The position numbers and the translations under genes were made by a program. The notes below the pieces were generated by a model that saw only the letters and a program-made list of their open reading frames with translations, was not told the DNA's origin and did no database searches. Shown here one piece after another: positions 45,377 through 55,652 of a DNA stretch of 64,000 nucleotides (position 1 is the stretch's first letter; the number at the start of each line of letters is the position of its first letter). Source of the DNA: Paramoeba atlantica. Its lineage: Eukaryota; Protista; Discosea. The DNA lies in the NCBI GenBank assembly GCA_977017575.1, contig CDRNVI010000037.1:248001-312000 (forward strand), written 5' to 3'.

Positions 45377-47266
45377 TTTCTTTTTTAGGCTCTTCGTTAA
45401 ACGCGGTGGTTGCTTTCAACTTAGAAGTCACTCATGCTGCGCGCTTCGCGTTGAAAACTACCGCCGCGTTTAGCGAAGAGCCTAAAAAAGAAAATTTAGC
45501 CTGGAAAACGGAAAGATTATAGCCAAAAATAGCCGAATTTCGGGTAAAAATGGGGTCATTTTCGCATATTTTTGCTCTCAGAGCACTAAATCCGACATTT
45601 GCGCGTGGGAAATCACTCGTAGGTATGAATGGAAGCCTACCGAACGTATTGGGTGGAGAATGCGACTCCAACCATACCATTCTTTCGACACAAAAATGCC
45701 CCTTTAGGTCCGAAAAATACTTTTTCACCTTTTTTAGTCAAAAATGGGTCATTTTGGGGGGCGCACCACGGTTAGAAGAAGGGATACCTTGCGAAAGCAA
45801 CTGCGTAGAAAGCTAGTGTAGGTCCCAAACTATCAAAATACAATAGGGGAAACGATTTTGGAAAAATATTTTTTTTGTCATTTTTTTCGCCAAGTTGAAT
45901 TTTTTTTCAAAAAATTTTCTCCGAAAAAATCCGAACTTGGCGGACCCGTCCTGCGGATACGCGGGGGGGTTACCCCCGGGTAGGGGGGTGGAAAATGCGC
46001 GCCAAGACCCCGGCTACCCTTTCTGCAGTTTTTTTTCGAAAACTAATTTTTTCGAAAAAATTTGATCGACCATGCCCCCCCCCCCCTGGACCCCCCCCCC
46101 TGGACCCCCCCCCTGGACCCCCCCCCTGGACCCCCCCCATGGACCCCCCATTTTTTTCAAATTTTTTTTTCAGTTTTGGACCACCGGAGCCCCCTTTTAT
46201 AAGTCTTTCCGTTTTCCAGGCTAAAGTTTCTTTTTTAGGCTCTTCGTTAAACGCGGTGGTTGCTTTCAACTTAGAAGTCACTCATGCTGCGCGCTTCGCG
46301 TTGAAAACTACCGCCGCGTTTAAGGAAGAGCCTAAAAAAGAAACTTTAGCCTGGAAAACGGAAAGACTATAGCCAAAAATAGCCGAATTTCGGGTACAAA
46401 TGGGGTCATTTTCGCATATTTTTGCTCTCAGAGCACTAAATCCGACATTTGCGCGTGGGAAATCATTCGCAGGCATGAATGAAAGCCTACCGAACGTATT
46501 GGGTAGAGAATGCGACTCCAACCATACCATTCTTTCGACACAAAAATGCCCCTTTAGGTCCGAAAAATACTTTTTCACCTTTTTTAGTCAAAAATGGGTC
46601 ATTTTGGGGGGCGCACCACAGTTCGAAGAAGTGATACCTTGCGAAAACAACTGCGGAGAAAGCTAGTGTAGGTCCCAAACTATCAAAATACAATAGGGGA
46701 AACCATTTTGGAAAAATAATTTTTTTTGTCATTTTTTTCGCCAAGTTGAATTTTTTTTCAAAAATTTTTTTCCGAAAAAATCCGAACTTGGCGGACCCGT
46801 CCTGCGGATACGCGGGGGGGTCACCCCCGGGTAGGGGGGTGGAAAATGCGCGCCAAGACCCCGGCTACCCTTTCTGCAGTTTTTTTTCGAAAACTAATTT
46901 TTTCGAAAAAATTTGATCGACCATGCCCCCCCCCCCCTGGACCCCCCCCCTGGACCCCCCCCCCTGGACCCCCCCCATGGACCCCCCCCATGGACCCCCC
47001 ATTTTTTTCAAATTTTTTTTTCAGTTTTGGACCACCGGAGCCCCCTTTTATATTTTTTTCTTCTATTATATTACTGTGTTCCTCTTTATATTTTCACTGT
47101 TTTTGTTCACTTTTTTTTCAATAATCGAGTGTAGAGCGGTAGTTTTACAACCACCGCAATTTTTTTCTTCTATTATATTACTGTGTTCCTCTTTATATTT
47201 TCACTGTTTTTGTTCACTTTTTTTTCAATAATCGAGTGTAGAGCGGTAGTTTTACAACCACCGCAA
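45377..47266 (-). mobile_element. Element A copy, itself interrupted by a second copy at 46202-47159
   Basis: Outer copy = 45377-46201 plus 47160-47266; both insertions excise precisely at A|T. Confidence 0.9.
46202..47159 (-). mobile_element. Element A copy nested in element A, with 29-nt fold-back
   Basis: Removal restores ccccttttata|tttttttc exactly (7 T, as in the intact copy at 47041). Confidence 0.9.
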
Positions 47267-48447
47267 TTATACCGCTCATAGAACGAATAATGTACCAACG
47301 AATTGTGATCCACAGACGATACCCGGAGGGTGTACGAAAGCCACACAATTCCATGATCGCGTTTTTAATCGCTTATTCAAGCGTCAATATAATGAGCTTC
47401 TTAGCGCGTGGCGACTTCGAAATAGCGTCCAGAAGGTTACTCGTGCGCTTGTTTTGCAATGGATTAAGGATGCACATGCACATGTATGGGCAAAAAACCA
47501 AAGCACTTTATTAAAAGTAGCACAAACTTACATTTTGCGACCTGCGACTGAGTACCCTTGGATTGAGTCAAGCGTTACAGTTGGCTCAAAAACTACTCTT
47601 GGAATATGTCCTGAACATGCCGTCTCACCCTCCTCAATTTCAAAAGGAGAAAAACTCACACAAGAATCCATTGTGGTAGAAGATAGTGCGGGCAACACGT
47701 CCCACTATGACAAAGAGTGGAAACGATTCCGCGGTCGAAAGCGATTTCTTACGACGCATGCTGTTGATACATTATGCGAAAATGTATTGCAGGCATACCG
47801 TCTAGCCCCTTCCGCAGACAAAAAGAATAGTTTGTTTTGAACACAGGAAAGACTCGATTACTTTTAGGTTTTCAGCGCAAACTGTTCAGTCAAATTTTCC
47901 CCGACTCACGAATTATTGCGGTGCTCTTTTTTAACAACCATTTTTTTTTCGTGGAACTCCGAAAGCATCTGTTGACAATATTTGATAGTTACGAGGATTA
48001 TTCTCCGATTTCTCGTCAAGATTTTCTTCAGTGCTTTCTAAAATTATTCTGTCCTCTTCTTGGTCACTCAATAGAGGATGTTCGTCTTCGACATGCTCCA
48101 GTCATGCAGCAGGAGCCTACGCTAAATGAATGTGGAATACATGTAGTGAACAATTTATGTTCATTCCTGTTCTATCCTGCCACATTCAGTAGGGTGAATA
48201 ATGTTTTGACCCGAAAGAATCTTTCTAAGTCATGGTGGCCGTGCGGACCAGGAATTCCATCACTTCCTGAAAAACAAAGTACTGACGAAGAAACCGTCGG
48301 AGCGCTCCGTGACTCAGATTCCGATTGTGAGTATACAATCAATTTGATAAAAGATGTGCAGTTTGAAGATGCGACCGCGGATGGATGGGAGCTGTCCGAA
48401 AATTAATGACGGAGATGCAAATTCCTATCCAAAATAAGTTTATGTGC

Positions 48448-49305
48448 GCGCTATTATACTCAAATTTTACACTGATATTTTTGCTTGACTTCTGCTTGAC
48501 TTTAAGAAAATCTTCTCGAGTTCGTGGGGCTCTACTGCCGCAGGAATACGATCTTTCTCGAGCCCTGCGCAACGTTCCTAATCTTCGAACCACGTGGACC
48601 ACAGACAATTCTGCATGTAAGTGGATGGGGGTAAAATGTGATGCTGACCTACAGGTTATAGAAATCAAGTGGAGTTATATGGGCCTTGAGGGTACGGTTT
48701 CATGGCGAGATTTTCCTCGAACACTTCGAGTTCTTATCATGGGACAATCTGCAGCATGGTACAGGAATAGGCTCACAGGATCTCTATCGAGTCCTGATTT
48801 ACCACCGTTACTCGCAATGTTTAACATCGAATTCAACAATTTTAGCGGCGAAATAGCCCTAGAATATCTGCCAGCTAACCTTCTATCATTTGAAGTCGCA
48901 CAAAATTCCTTTGAAGGCACAGCATCAATTCATGCACTTCCTTTGACACTAATTAAGCTGGATCTTGATAAGAACCTTTTCTCAGGGCGGTTAAATTTAA
49001 TGAATTTGCCTTCAAAATTCGAACGTCTTCTCATGTCGAACAATATGTTCAGTGGGAGTATCGTTCTGACGCATCTACCAAACACGATATTGTACGTTGA
49101 TTTGTCAGACAACAATCTAAGCGGAGAAATTGATTTGTCCTCTCTCCCACCAGTACTCACTGATTTATCTTTACGTAACAATAACTTCTTCGGACACATA
49201 GACCTCTCTAATACGCCGGATTCTCTGTTACGGGTAGATCTTCTTGGTAACAACATTACTTCTGTGACACCATACCCATTCCCCGACATTTTGCTTCTTC
49301 GCTAA
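48448..49305 (+). CDS. LRR family copy 7
   Basis: RVRGALLPQEYDL, WTTDNSACKWMGVKC, about 8 LRRs; ATG chosen inside track ORF 48385-49305. Confidence 0.9.
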   Translation, partial: ALLYSNFTLIFLLDFCLTLRKSSRVRGALLPQEYDLSRALRNVPNLRTTWTTDNSACKWMGVKCDADLQVIEIKWSYMGLEGTVSWRDFPRTLRVLIMGQSAAWYRNRLTGSLSSPDLPPLLAMFNIEFNNFSGEIALEYLPANLLSFEVAQNSFEGTASIHALPLTLIKLDLDKNLFSGRLNLMNLPSKFERLLMSNNMFSGSIVLTHLPNTILYVDLSDNNLSGEIDLSSLPPVLTDLSLRNNNFFGHIDLSNTPDSLLRVDLLGNNITSVTPYPFPDILLLR

Positions 49306-49709
49306 TTGGGGATACGGGCATTTAAATGCAATCATTGCAATGCATTTGCATTCTTCCCATCTCCAACTCTTGTTTTGCTATTTGGCACAATATGATATTG
49401 TGCCCTCTTTCTTAGACACTGTTATTCACTCACTAGGTTTTTTTTGAATCCATTTTTTGTAGAATCCATCACCGCCATAAAAATGAGAAATAGAGAAACA
49501 CAGTACCAGCATATCTCTCTTTTGTTTAGAAAAACAGACATTTAGGTATTTTCTATAACCACAACCTCAGAACACATGAGAGAAAGAATATTACTACGTT
49601 GCACATTCATTCCTAAGATTTGCATTTCAGAGCAGTGAAACGACTTCAATGCTAGTGTATCACTACATTTTTCTTTTACCTGTGATTCTTCTCTCGGAAA
49701 ACCTCTATT

Positions 49710-51611
49710 GTGACTCGGCTGACCAGTACAGGCCATAAAAGTGATAGTGAAACACTTTTGCAAAATGTTTCCGAATACATCTCCCGGAGTGAAGATTTTC
49801 ATGGAAAAAAGAACAACACTGTATCTTCTACGCTGGAAGATCCTGCATTAGTGTCAAGAAAATTTGATAATAAATCTACGCTCAACACATTCGCTACTCA
49901 TACGGGGCGTTCACACGGAAGCGAAGCTCGGGCTATACACCCTCCCAAAAGCAGCCGTGCTTCTTTGAGGACACACCACAGATTTCTACATGGTCAGGTT
50001 TCGCGATGTGCGCATAAAAATTGTGCCGTCGAGAAATCTGTTTTTGACGTACAGCGCAAAGAGCCGAAGGGCAGGACCGGAGGAGTCCATCTTTCTAAGC
50101 TACCACAATCCAAGAAGAAAAATGAATACGGTCGAGGTACCTTGACAAAACAAAGAGAACGGTGTCATGCATCACGTAAACCTTGTCCTTCTTTAAAAAA
50201 CGGCTTTAGTTCAGGAGAAACTAAAAAGGTTGGTACGCGTCTTCAAGCGAGTGAAGTCTCTAGAAAATCAGACCGTGGTGCAAAATGTATGGTAAAAACA
50301 ACGAAAAAGAAAACTAAGAAATATGTAAAAGTAGACAGTTCATTGAAGGGCAAGCCAGAGAGTGTCCGAGCACAATCGAACGGTGATTCTCAAAATTCTT
50401 TTCTAGTAAATGCGCTACCCGATTTACCATGGACACCAAGCCTTGCAAATATCTCACAAATGTTATCAGAGTATTTCAATTCTGGCTCGTATAATGAAAA
50501 AAGCATTAGTACTCTGGAGCCTGAAGACAGCGTAACTACCTTAATGAATCATCATACTGTCTTGCCTCAAGGGCACTTAAAGGGTGCCCCTGCTCAAAAA
50601 AAGACCATATTGTCTTTACATTTTCCTTCTGGCAGTTCTTTGGTTTCTGATGCAGGTCTGTCAAGTTCCTACAATGCAGAGGAATCTCTAGATCGACTTT
50701 TAGATCAACTCTCCGAACTCAAACCAGTGGATAGCATCTCGTCTCTGGAAGAAGCCATGCAAGCTGATGGCTATCCAAGTTTGCCTGTCAATCGTAATGA
50801 ACAGGTGGGTCGCAACGAAAGGCTAGACTCCAGAAATGACGACGCTACCCGTCCATCGGTCGTATCGCAACCCTTACGAAGAACGAAGAGTCCAGTTCTT
50901 CAAAATTCTGAACTAAGCTACGATAGCGTTTTATTGGATGTCAGAAATCCCTTCACAGGTTTTAATTTGCTTGAATCGCCATCTTTTTACACCTCAAGTT
51001 TGTCCAATTTAACGAGTCTAAGCAACGCGTGGCTTGAAGAGAATCCCTATGAAGGAAAATCGTATTCCGATTCCGAGTTTGATTTAGAATCTTATTCCGA
51101 TGTTAACTTTCCGTTACATTCTACAGATCCTCTGTATTTTTCCGATAGGCCGAAGTCCCGTTCTTCTTTGCGAGGTGATGAAAAGGAAGCAGTCATTCTT
51201 ACCACGCCGCGTAGTCCTGCAGGAATGAACACAAATCCGGACTTTAGTCCAATACCATGGAGATGTAGTCATATAGAAAAAACGAATTCGACCTCATCGG
51301 TACGTGTTCCGTGGTCACTCTCTGGAACAAAATCTTATTTTAACCCAAATTTTCAGAGCGAACAAAGTCCTTTATCACAAAGGCCTGCGAATGTGAGGCC
51401 TCATAAGTCAAATTCCGGCAGATTAGGTGTAGATTCTTCTGTCCTTGGTGATAAAGTTGTCAGTGGCTGTGCTGTTTCGGACCAGAGTGAGAAAGAGAGC
51501 AAACAGGAAAACAGTGGTACACGAGAAACTCCTATCTCATCGCTTTGGACCTATGTTGAGCGAATACTGGAATGTTTCACATTCCTTTTTTGTAGGTGCT
51601 TTCAGCGTTGA
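49710..51611 (+). CDS. Ser-rich low-complexity protein; probable true start at ATG 49649 in another frame (signal-peptide-like), implying a frameshift
   Basis: The long frame has no Met for 193 codons. ATG 49649 encodes MLVYHYIFLLPVILLSENLYCDS and overlaps it. C-terminus RILECFTFLFCRCFQR. Confidence 0.7.
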   Translation: MTRLTSTGHKSDSETLLQNVSEYISRSEDFHGKKNNTVSSTLEDPALVSRKFDNKSTLNTFATHTGRSHGSEARAIHPPKSSRASLRTHHRFLHGQVSRCAHKNCAVEKSVFDVQRKEPKGRTGGVHLSKLPQSKKKNEYGRGTLTKQRERCHASRKPCPSLKNGFSSGETKKVGTRLQASEVSRKSDRGAKCMVKTTKKKTKKYVKVDSSLKGKPESVRAQSNGDSQNSFLVNALPDLPWTPSLANISQMLSEYFNSGSYNEKSISTLEPEDSVTTLMNHHTVLPQGHLKGAPAQKKTILSLHFPSGSSLVSDAGLSSSYNAEESLDRLLDQLSELKPVDSISSLEEAMQADGYPSLPVNRNEQVGRNERLDSRNDDATRPSVVSQPLRRTKSPVLQNSELSYDSVLLDVRNPFTGFNLLESPSFYTSSLSNLTSLSNAWLEENPYEGKSYSDSEFDLESYSDVNFPLHSTDPLYFSDRPKSRSSLRGDEKEAVILTTPRSPAGMNTNPDFSPIPWRCSHIEKTNSTSSVRVPWSLSGTKSYFNPNFQSEQSPLSQRPANVRPHKSNSGRLGVDSSVLGDKVVSGCAVSDQSEKESKQENSGTRETPISSLWTYVERILECFTFLFCRCFQR

Positions 51612-51813
51612 ATGCTCTTCTTAAGTAGATTAGAGCGTTTGTGCAGTATTACTTCGTGGATAGGTTTCGCCAATACAGATTGCTGAAATTTTGCTTTTGA
51701 GCAAAATCAAAGGCGGTCATTGTATGACCTAGTAGTAGAGCATAAAATTTTTTAGTTAGAGCCTCACTGAGTTGTATTCTTGTAGTTTCTATGCTTGCAC
51801 ATGTGATAAGCTA

Positions 51814-51908
51814 CTGGACCCCCCACTAGTTATCTGTCACACCCCTACCCCTCTAGTTTCTGTCACCTTTTGACCAAAAGTAGTGACAGATAACTAAGGG
51901 AGGTACAG
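51814..51908. mobile_element. 95-bp mini-MITE (tagttatctgtcac iterons)
   Basis: TA-flanked inverted ends; related end at ~19984-20040. Confidence 0.65.
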
Positions 51909-52300
51909 TATATTGAACGTGTTCTAACAATTACCCCCCCAGTAATAGAATCAGTTTCGAGCCAAAATAGTTAAATCTCTGTTAGTGGGGGAATGTTTTT
52001 TTGTAGGAAAAGAGCTCTTTTACTCGTGAGTGCAATGATTTTCTGCCCAGCCAGGCCCGCAACTAAGCGATCCCCGCCCGCCCAATCACCCTCATCCTGT
52101 CCTCAATAACTTCTTTTCATTTCGCTTCATGAACTTTTCAAATGGACACTGCAAGTTTACCCTTTCTGTGGATGGCACAGGATGGAACGAAATGGCACAG
52201 GATGGCGCGGCGAGTCTAGTTTTAGGAATCTTCATCCTCCTAAGTAGCATTTTAAAATTGGAGTAAATTTTCGGATGCTCTTTTGTACTGTAGTTTTGCA

Positions 52301-53199
52301 TTGCGGTGGTTGTAAAACTACCGCTCTACACTCGATTATTGAAAAAAAAGTGAACAAAAACAGTGAAAATATAAAGAGGAACACAGTAATATAATAGAAG
52401 AAAAAAATATAAAAGGGGGCTCCGGTGGTCCAAAACTGAAAATTTTTTTTGAAAAAAATGGGGGGTCCATGGGGGGGGTCCAGGGGGGGGGTCCAGGGGG
52501 GGGGGCATGGTCGAGCAAATTTTTTCGAAAAAATTAGTTTTCGAAAAAAAACCGCAGAAAGGGTAGCCGGGGTCTTGGCGCGCATTTTCCACCCCCCTAC
52601 CCGGGGGTGACCCCCCCGCGTATCCGCAGGACGGGTCCGCCAAGTTCGGAATTTTTCGGAAAAAATTTTTTGAAAAAAATTTCAACTTGGCGAAAAAAAT
52701 GACAAAAAAAATATTTTTCCAAAATCGTTTCCCCTATTGTATTTTGATAGTTTGGGACCTACACTAGCTTTCTACGCAGTTGTTTTCGCAAGGTATCACT
52801 TCTTCGAACTGTGGTGCGCCCCTCAAAATGACCCATTTTTGACTAAAAAAGGTGAAAAAGTATTTTTCGGACCTAAAGGGGCATTTTTGTGTCGAAAGAA
52901 TGGTATGGTTGGAGTCGCATTCTCTACCCAATACGTTCGGTAGGCTTTCATTCATGCCTGCGAGTGATTTCCCACGCGCAAATGTCGGATTTAGTGCTCT
53001 GAGAGCAAAAATATGCGAAAATGACCCCATTTTTACCCGAAATTCGGCTATTTTTGGCTATAATCTTTCCGTTTTCCAGGCTAAATTTTCTTTTTTAGGC
53101 TCTTCGTTAAACGCGGCTGTAGTTTTCAACGCGAAGCGCGCAGCATGAGTGACTTCTAAGTTGAAAGCAACCACCGCGTTTAACGAAGAGCCTAAAAAA
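52301..53199 (+). mobile_element. Element A copy (no fold-back extension)
   Basis: gca|TTGCGG ... gcctaaaaaa|tattg. Confidence 0.9.
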
Positions 53200-53929
53200 T
53201 ATTGTTTGATAATTCATAATTTGGAGGTGTATTTACGTCACGAGTGGGGAGGTAAGTAAGCACAATCTTCCAGCTACCCTAATCTTCTCGTGCGAAAAAA
53301 GCGCGGTCGTAGTGATGATGAATTGAAGCAAACTAACTTAGACCATTTCATTGTTTATGATAAGAATTGTACGGAAAGAACGGCTTCTTCAGATTCTCTT
53401 CACCTCACTATCCTCGAGTCATGAACTCATTAGAACTTATGGGAGAGAAGCAACGTACTATAAAAAACGTTAACCACCGCGTTTAATGGAGCGACTACAA
53501 ACTTGTACTGATAGTTGTTACTGCTTATGAGTTCCTCCAATTCTGGTGCGCTTATGAGTTCCTTTTTCTAAGGCGAATGTTTTTGTACCCACTTTTCGCG
53601 AAGCGATCTTTTTATGCACAGAACCCAAATCCCAACGACCGTACGTCCCGCTGCTCTACAGACTCGCTCACTGAGCGGATAATCATTTTAGCGCCAGTAT
53701 CATTGTCAAGGAGAACCCGCGGCTCTTCGCGCCGCGGGCCCGATTTTTCGCGTTTTTATGGCTCGAATTCTGGTCTGGTACGCTTATGAGTTCCTTTTTC
53801 TCAAAACCGGGGAACTCATAAGCAGGAGGGGTATAGTGCTTGGAACCACCCCGTCTTTTCTTGTAAATGGGTACCAAGATCCACATGAAGACGAGCGCCA
53901 TAGGTGGTCATTGTGCCGAAAATCTTCGC

Positions 53930-54533
53930 TCTGGATGGTACAGGATGTCACGAAATGGCACAGGATAGCACCGAATGGCACAGGATGGCACAGGATGGCA
54001 CAGGATACAGTAAAAGTCACATGATGGCACAGGATACAGTAAAAGTATTTTTCGGACCCCAAGGGGCCTTTTTGCGTCGAAAGAATGGTGTGGTTGGAGC
54101 CGTATTCTCTACCCAATACGTTTGGTAGGCTTTCTTTCCTGCCTACGAGTGATTTCCCACACGAAAATGTCGGATTTAGTGCTCTGAGAGCTAAAATACG
54201 CAAAACTGGCCCTATTTTTACCTAAAAATCGGCTATTTTTGGCTATAATCTTTCCGTTTTCTTCAGGTTTCCTGGCCAAATTTTCTTTTTTAGGCTCTTC
54301 TTTTTTTTCTTTCCACGATTTTCTAGGGAATATTCAGACATAGAGATGATAATTCGAAGATCGTAATTTCTTTTTTAGGCTCTTCGTTAAACGCGGTGGT
54401 AGTTTTCAACGAGAAGCGCGCAGCATGAGTGACTTCTAAGTTGAAAACAACCACCGCGTTTAACGAAGAGCCTAAAAAAGAAATTACGATCTTCGAATTA
54501 TCATCTCTATGTCTGAATATTCCCTAGAAAATC
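53930..54533 (+). mobile_element. Element A variant with (atggcacagg)n repeats and a 217-bp terminal palindrome
   Basis: 54040-54300 is homologous to the element A 3' half; 54317-54533 is an inverted repeat around the standard loop. Confidence 0.8.
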
Positions 54534-55063
54534 CTGGGCCGATAAGCAAGTACATCATTCGAAGCCCCCCTTTGCAAGTCGTATGAATTCTTTTCCAGTC
54601 TCAGCAACGGTACCCCATTCCACTGAAGGCAAACGAGACAACGCTAGGATAGGGGGAGAGTACTATTAGGTATAAAGAGGAAGTGCAGAAGCTGTATGGA
54701 ACTTTTTTGGCCTTTCCCATTTTTGGTTCTCAAATGGAGTTGCACGTTGACATGGCCATTCAGAGACGCATTCTCATTTTTAAAATAGCTTTCTCATTTT
54801 TCCTAGTTGCACGTTGACAGCCCAATTCTCATTTTTAGTGATTCTCAGAATTGTGACTTTTACTGTAACTGTATAGTGTTCAATGGACCATCGACGAGTT
54901 TAAACCCTCTTTTACTCATGGGTGCATTGATTTTCTGTCCAATCAGACCACGAGCTCAGCCATACCCGTCCGCCCAACTATTCTCGCTCCCTCCGACTAT
55001 CAACCCGTCCCCCATTTCTTGCACCTCCTGATCCGGAAGATTAAATCTATTTCTAAAGTGTTA

Positions 55064-55489
55064 CAGTGCGCCCAGTTAGTAAAGTCCCAAAACACGGTTT
55101 TCCCAAATAGTAAAGTTTTTTTTAGTAGTTACCTTTTTTTAGAGTTTTTCTCTTTTTCGAAGATTTTTGTGTAAAAGAAATTGATTTCATTTCATCTACT
55201 TTTTTTAAATTATGACAACGGACATTCGCATATAACTTGCGTTGAAAAGCGTTCCATTGAAAAGGACGAAAAACGACGAAAGCAGACGTTGTGCATGTCT
55301 CGAAAAGCGAAAACAAGGTTTGAAAATGCCTGAAAAACAGAGAAAGGTTTTCCCTGTGCTTCAACGACAATTGATTGACCATTTAGTAAAGTCCCAAAAA
55401 ACGGTTTTCCCAAACAGTAAAGTTTTTTTTAGTAGTTACCCAAAGTCGGTGGTAACTACTAAAAAAAACTTTACTATCTGGGCGCACTG
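55064..55489. mobile_element. Tc1/mariner-type MITE (TIR cagtgcgcccag(t/a)tagtaaag), 426 bp
   Basis: TA duplication; the empty site aaagtgtTAagccg is present in the paralogous locus at ~38765. Confidence 0.9.
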
Positions 55490-55652
55490 TAAGCCGAATA
55501 AAAATGCAAGTGATGTCGCCTACGTCTATGAACTTATCCGTTACTCAAGGATTTTCGGGGTTTGTTTGAACACGCTATTTTTTCAAGTTTTTTATTTCGT
55601 GAGAAAGAGACAGCCGAAAACGCCCTTGGATAAGATTAATCTTGCTTGTAAA

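Larger units (their letters stand above)
44998..48406 (+). pseudogene. pogo/Tigger-type (DD30D) transposase fused to a Ulp1/C48-like protease; internally deleted, frameshifted and split by element A
   Basis: KRQRTELTIFEKREIC (CENP-B/psq-like) and SGWVTDDVY. Excising 45377-47266 restores IITDDYTAH...IPGGCTKATQFHDRVFNRLFK in frame. Downstream are NHFFFV, IFDS, QQEP and ECGIHV. Confidence 0.8.

Noticed and set aside
47160-47266. Local tandem duplication of the element A end
   Set aside because: It is better explained as the displaced 5' part of the outer copy after a nested insertion; rejoining restores the consensus exactly.
53240-53425. PCNA-binding (QTNLDHF) gene fragment
   Set aside because: A short frame with no start or other support; the motif could be chance.
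55242-55652. N-terminal extension making LRR copy 8 a 437-aa protein
   Set aside because: The extension runs through a MITE that is absent from the paralogous locus at ~38765, so it is chance read-through.
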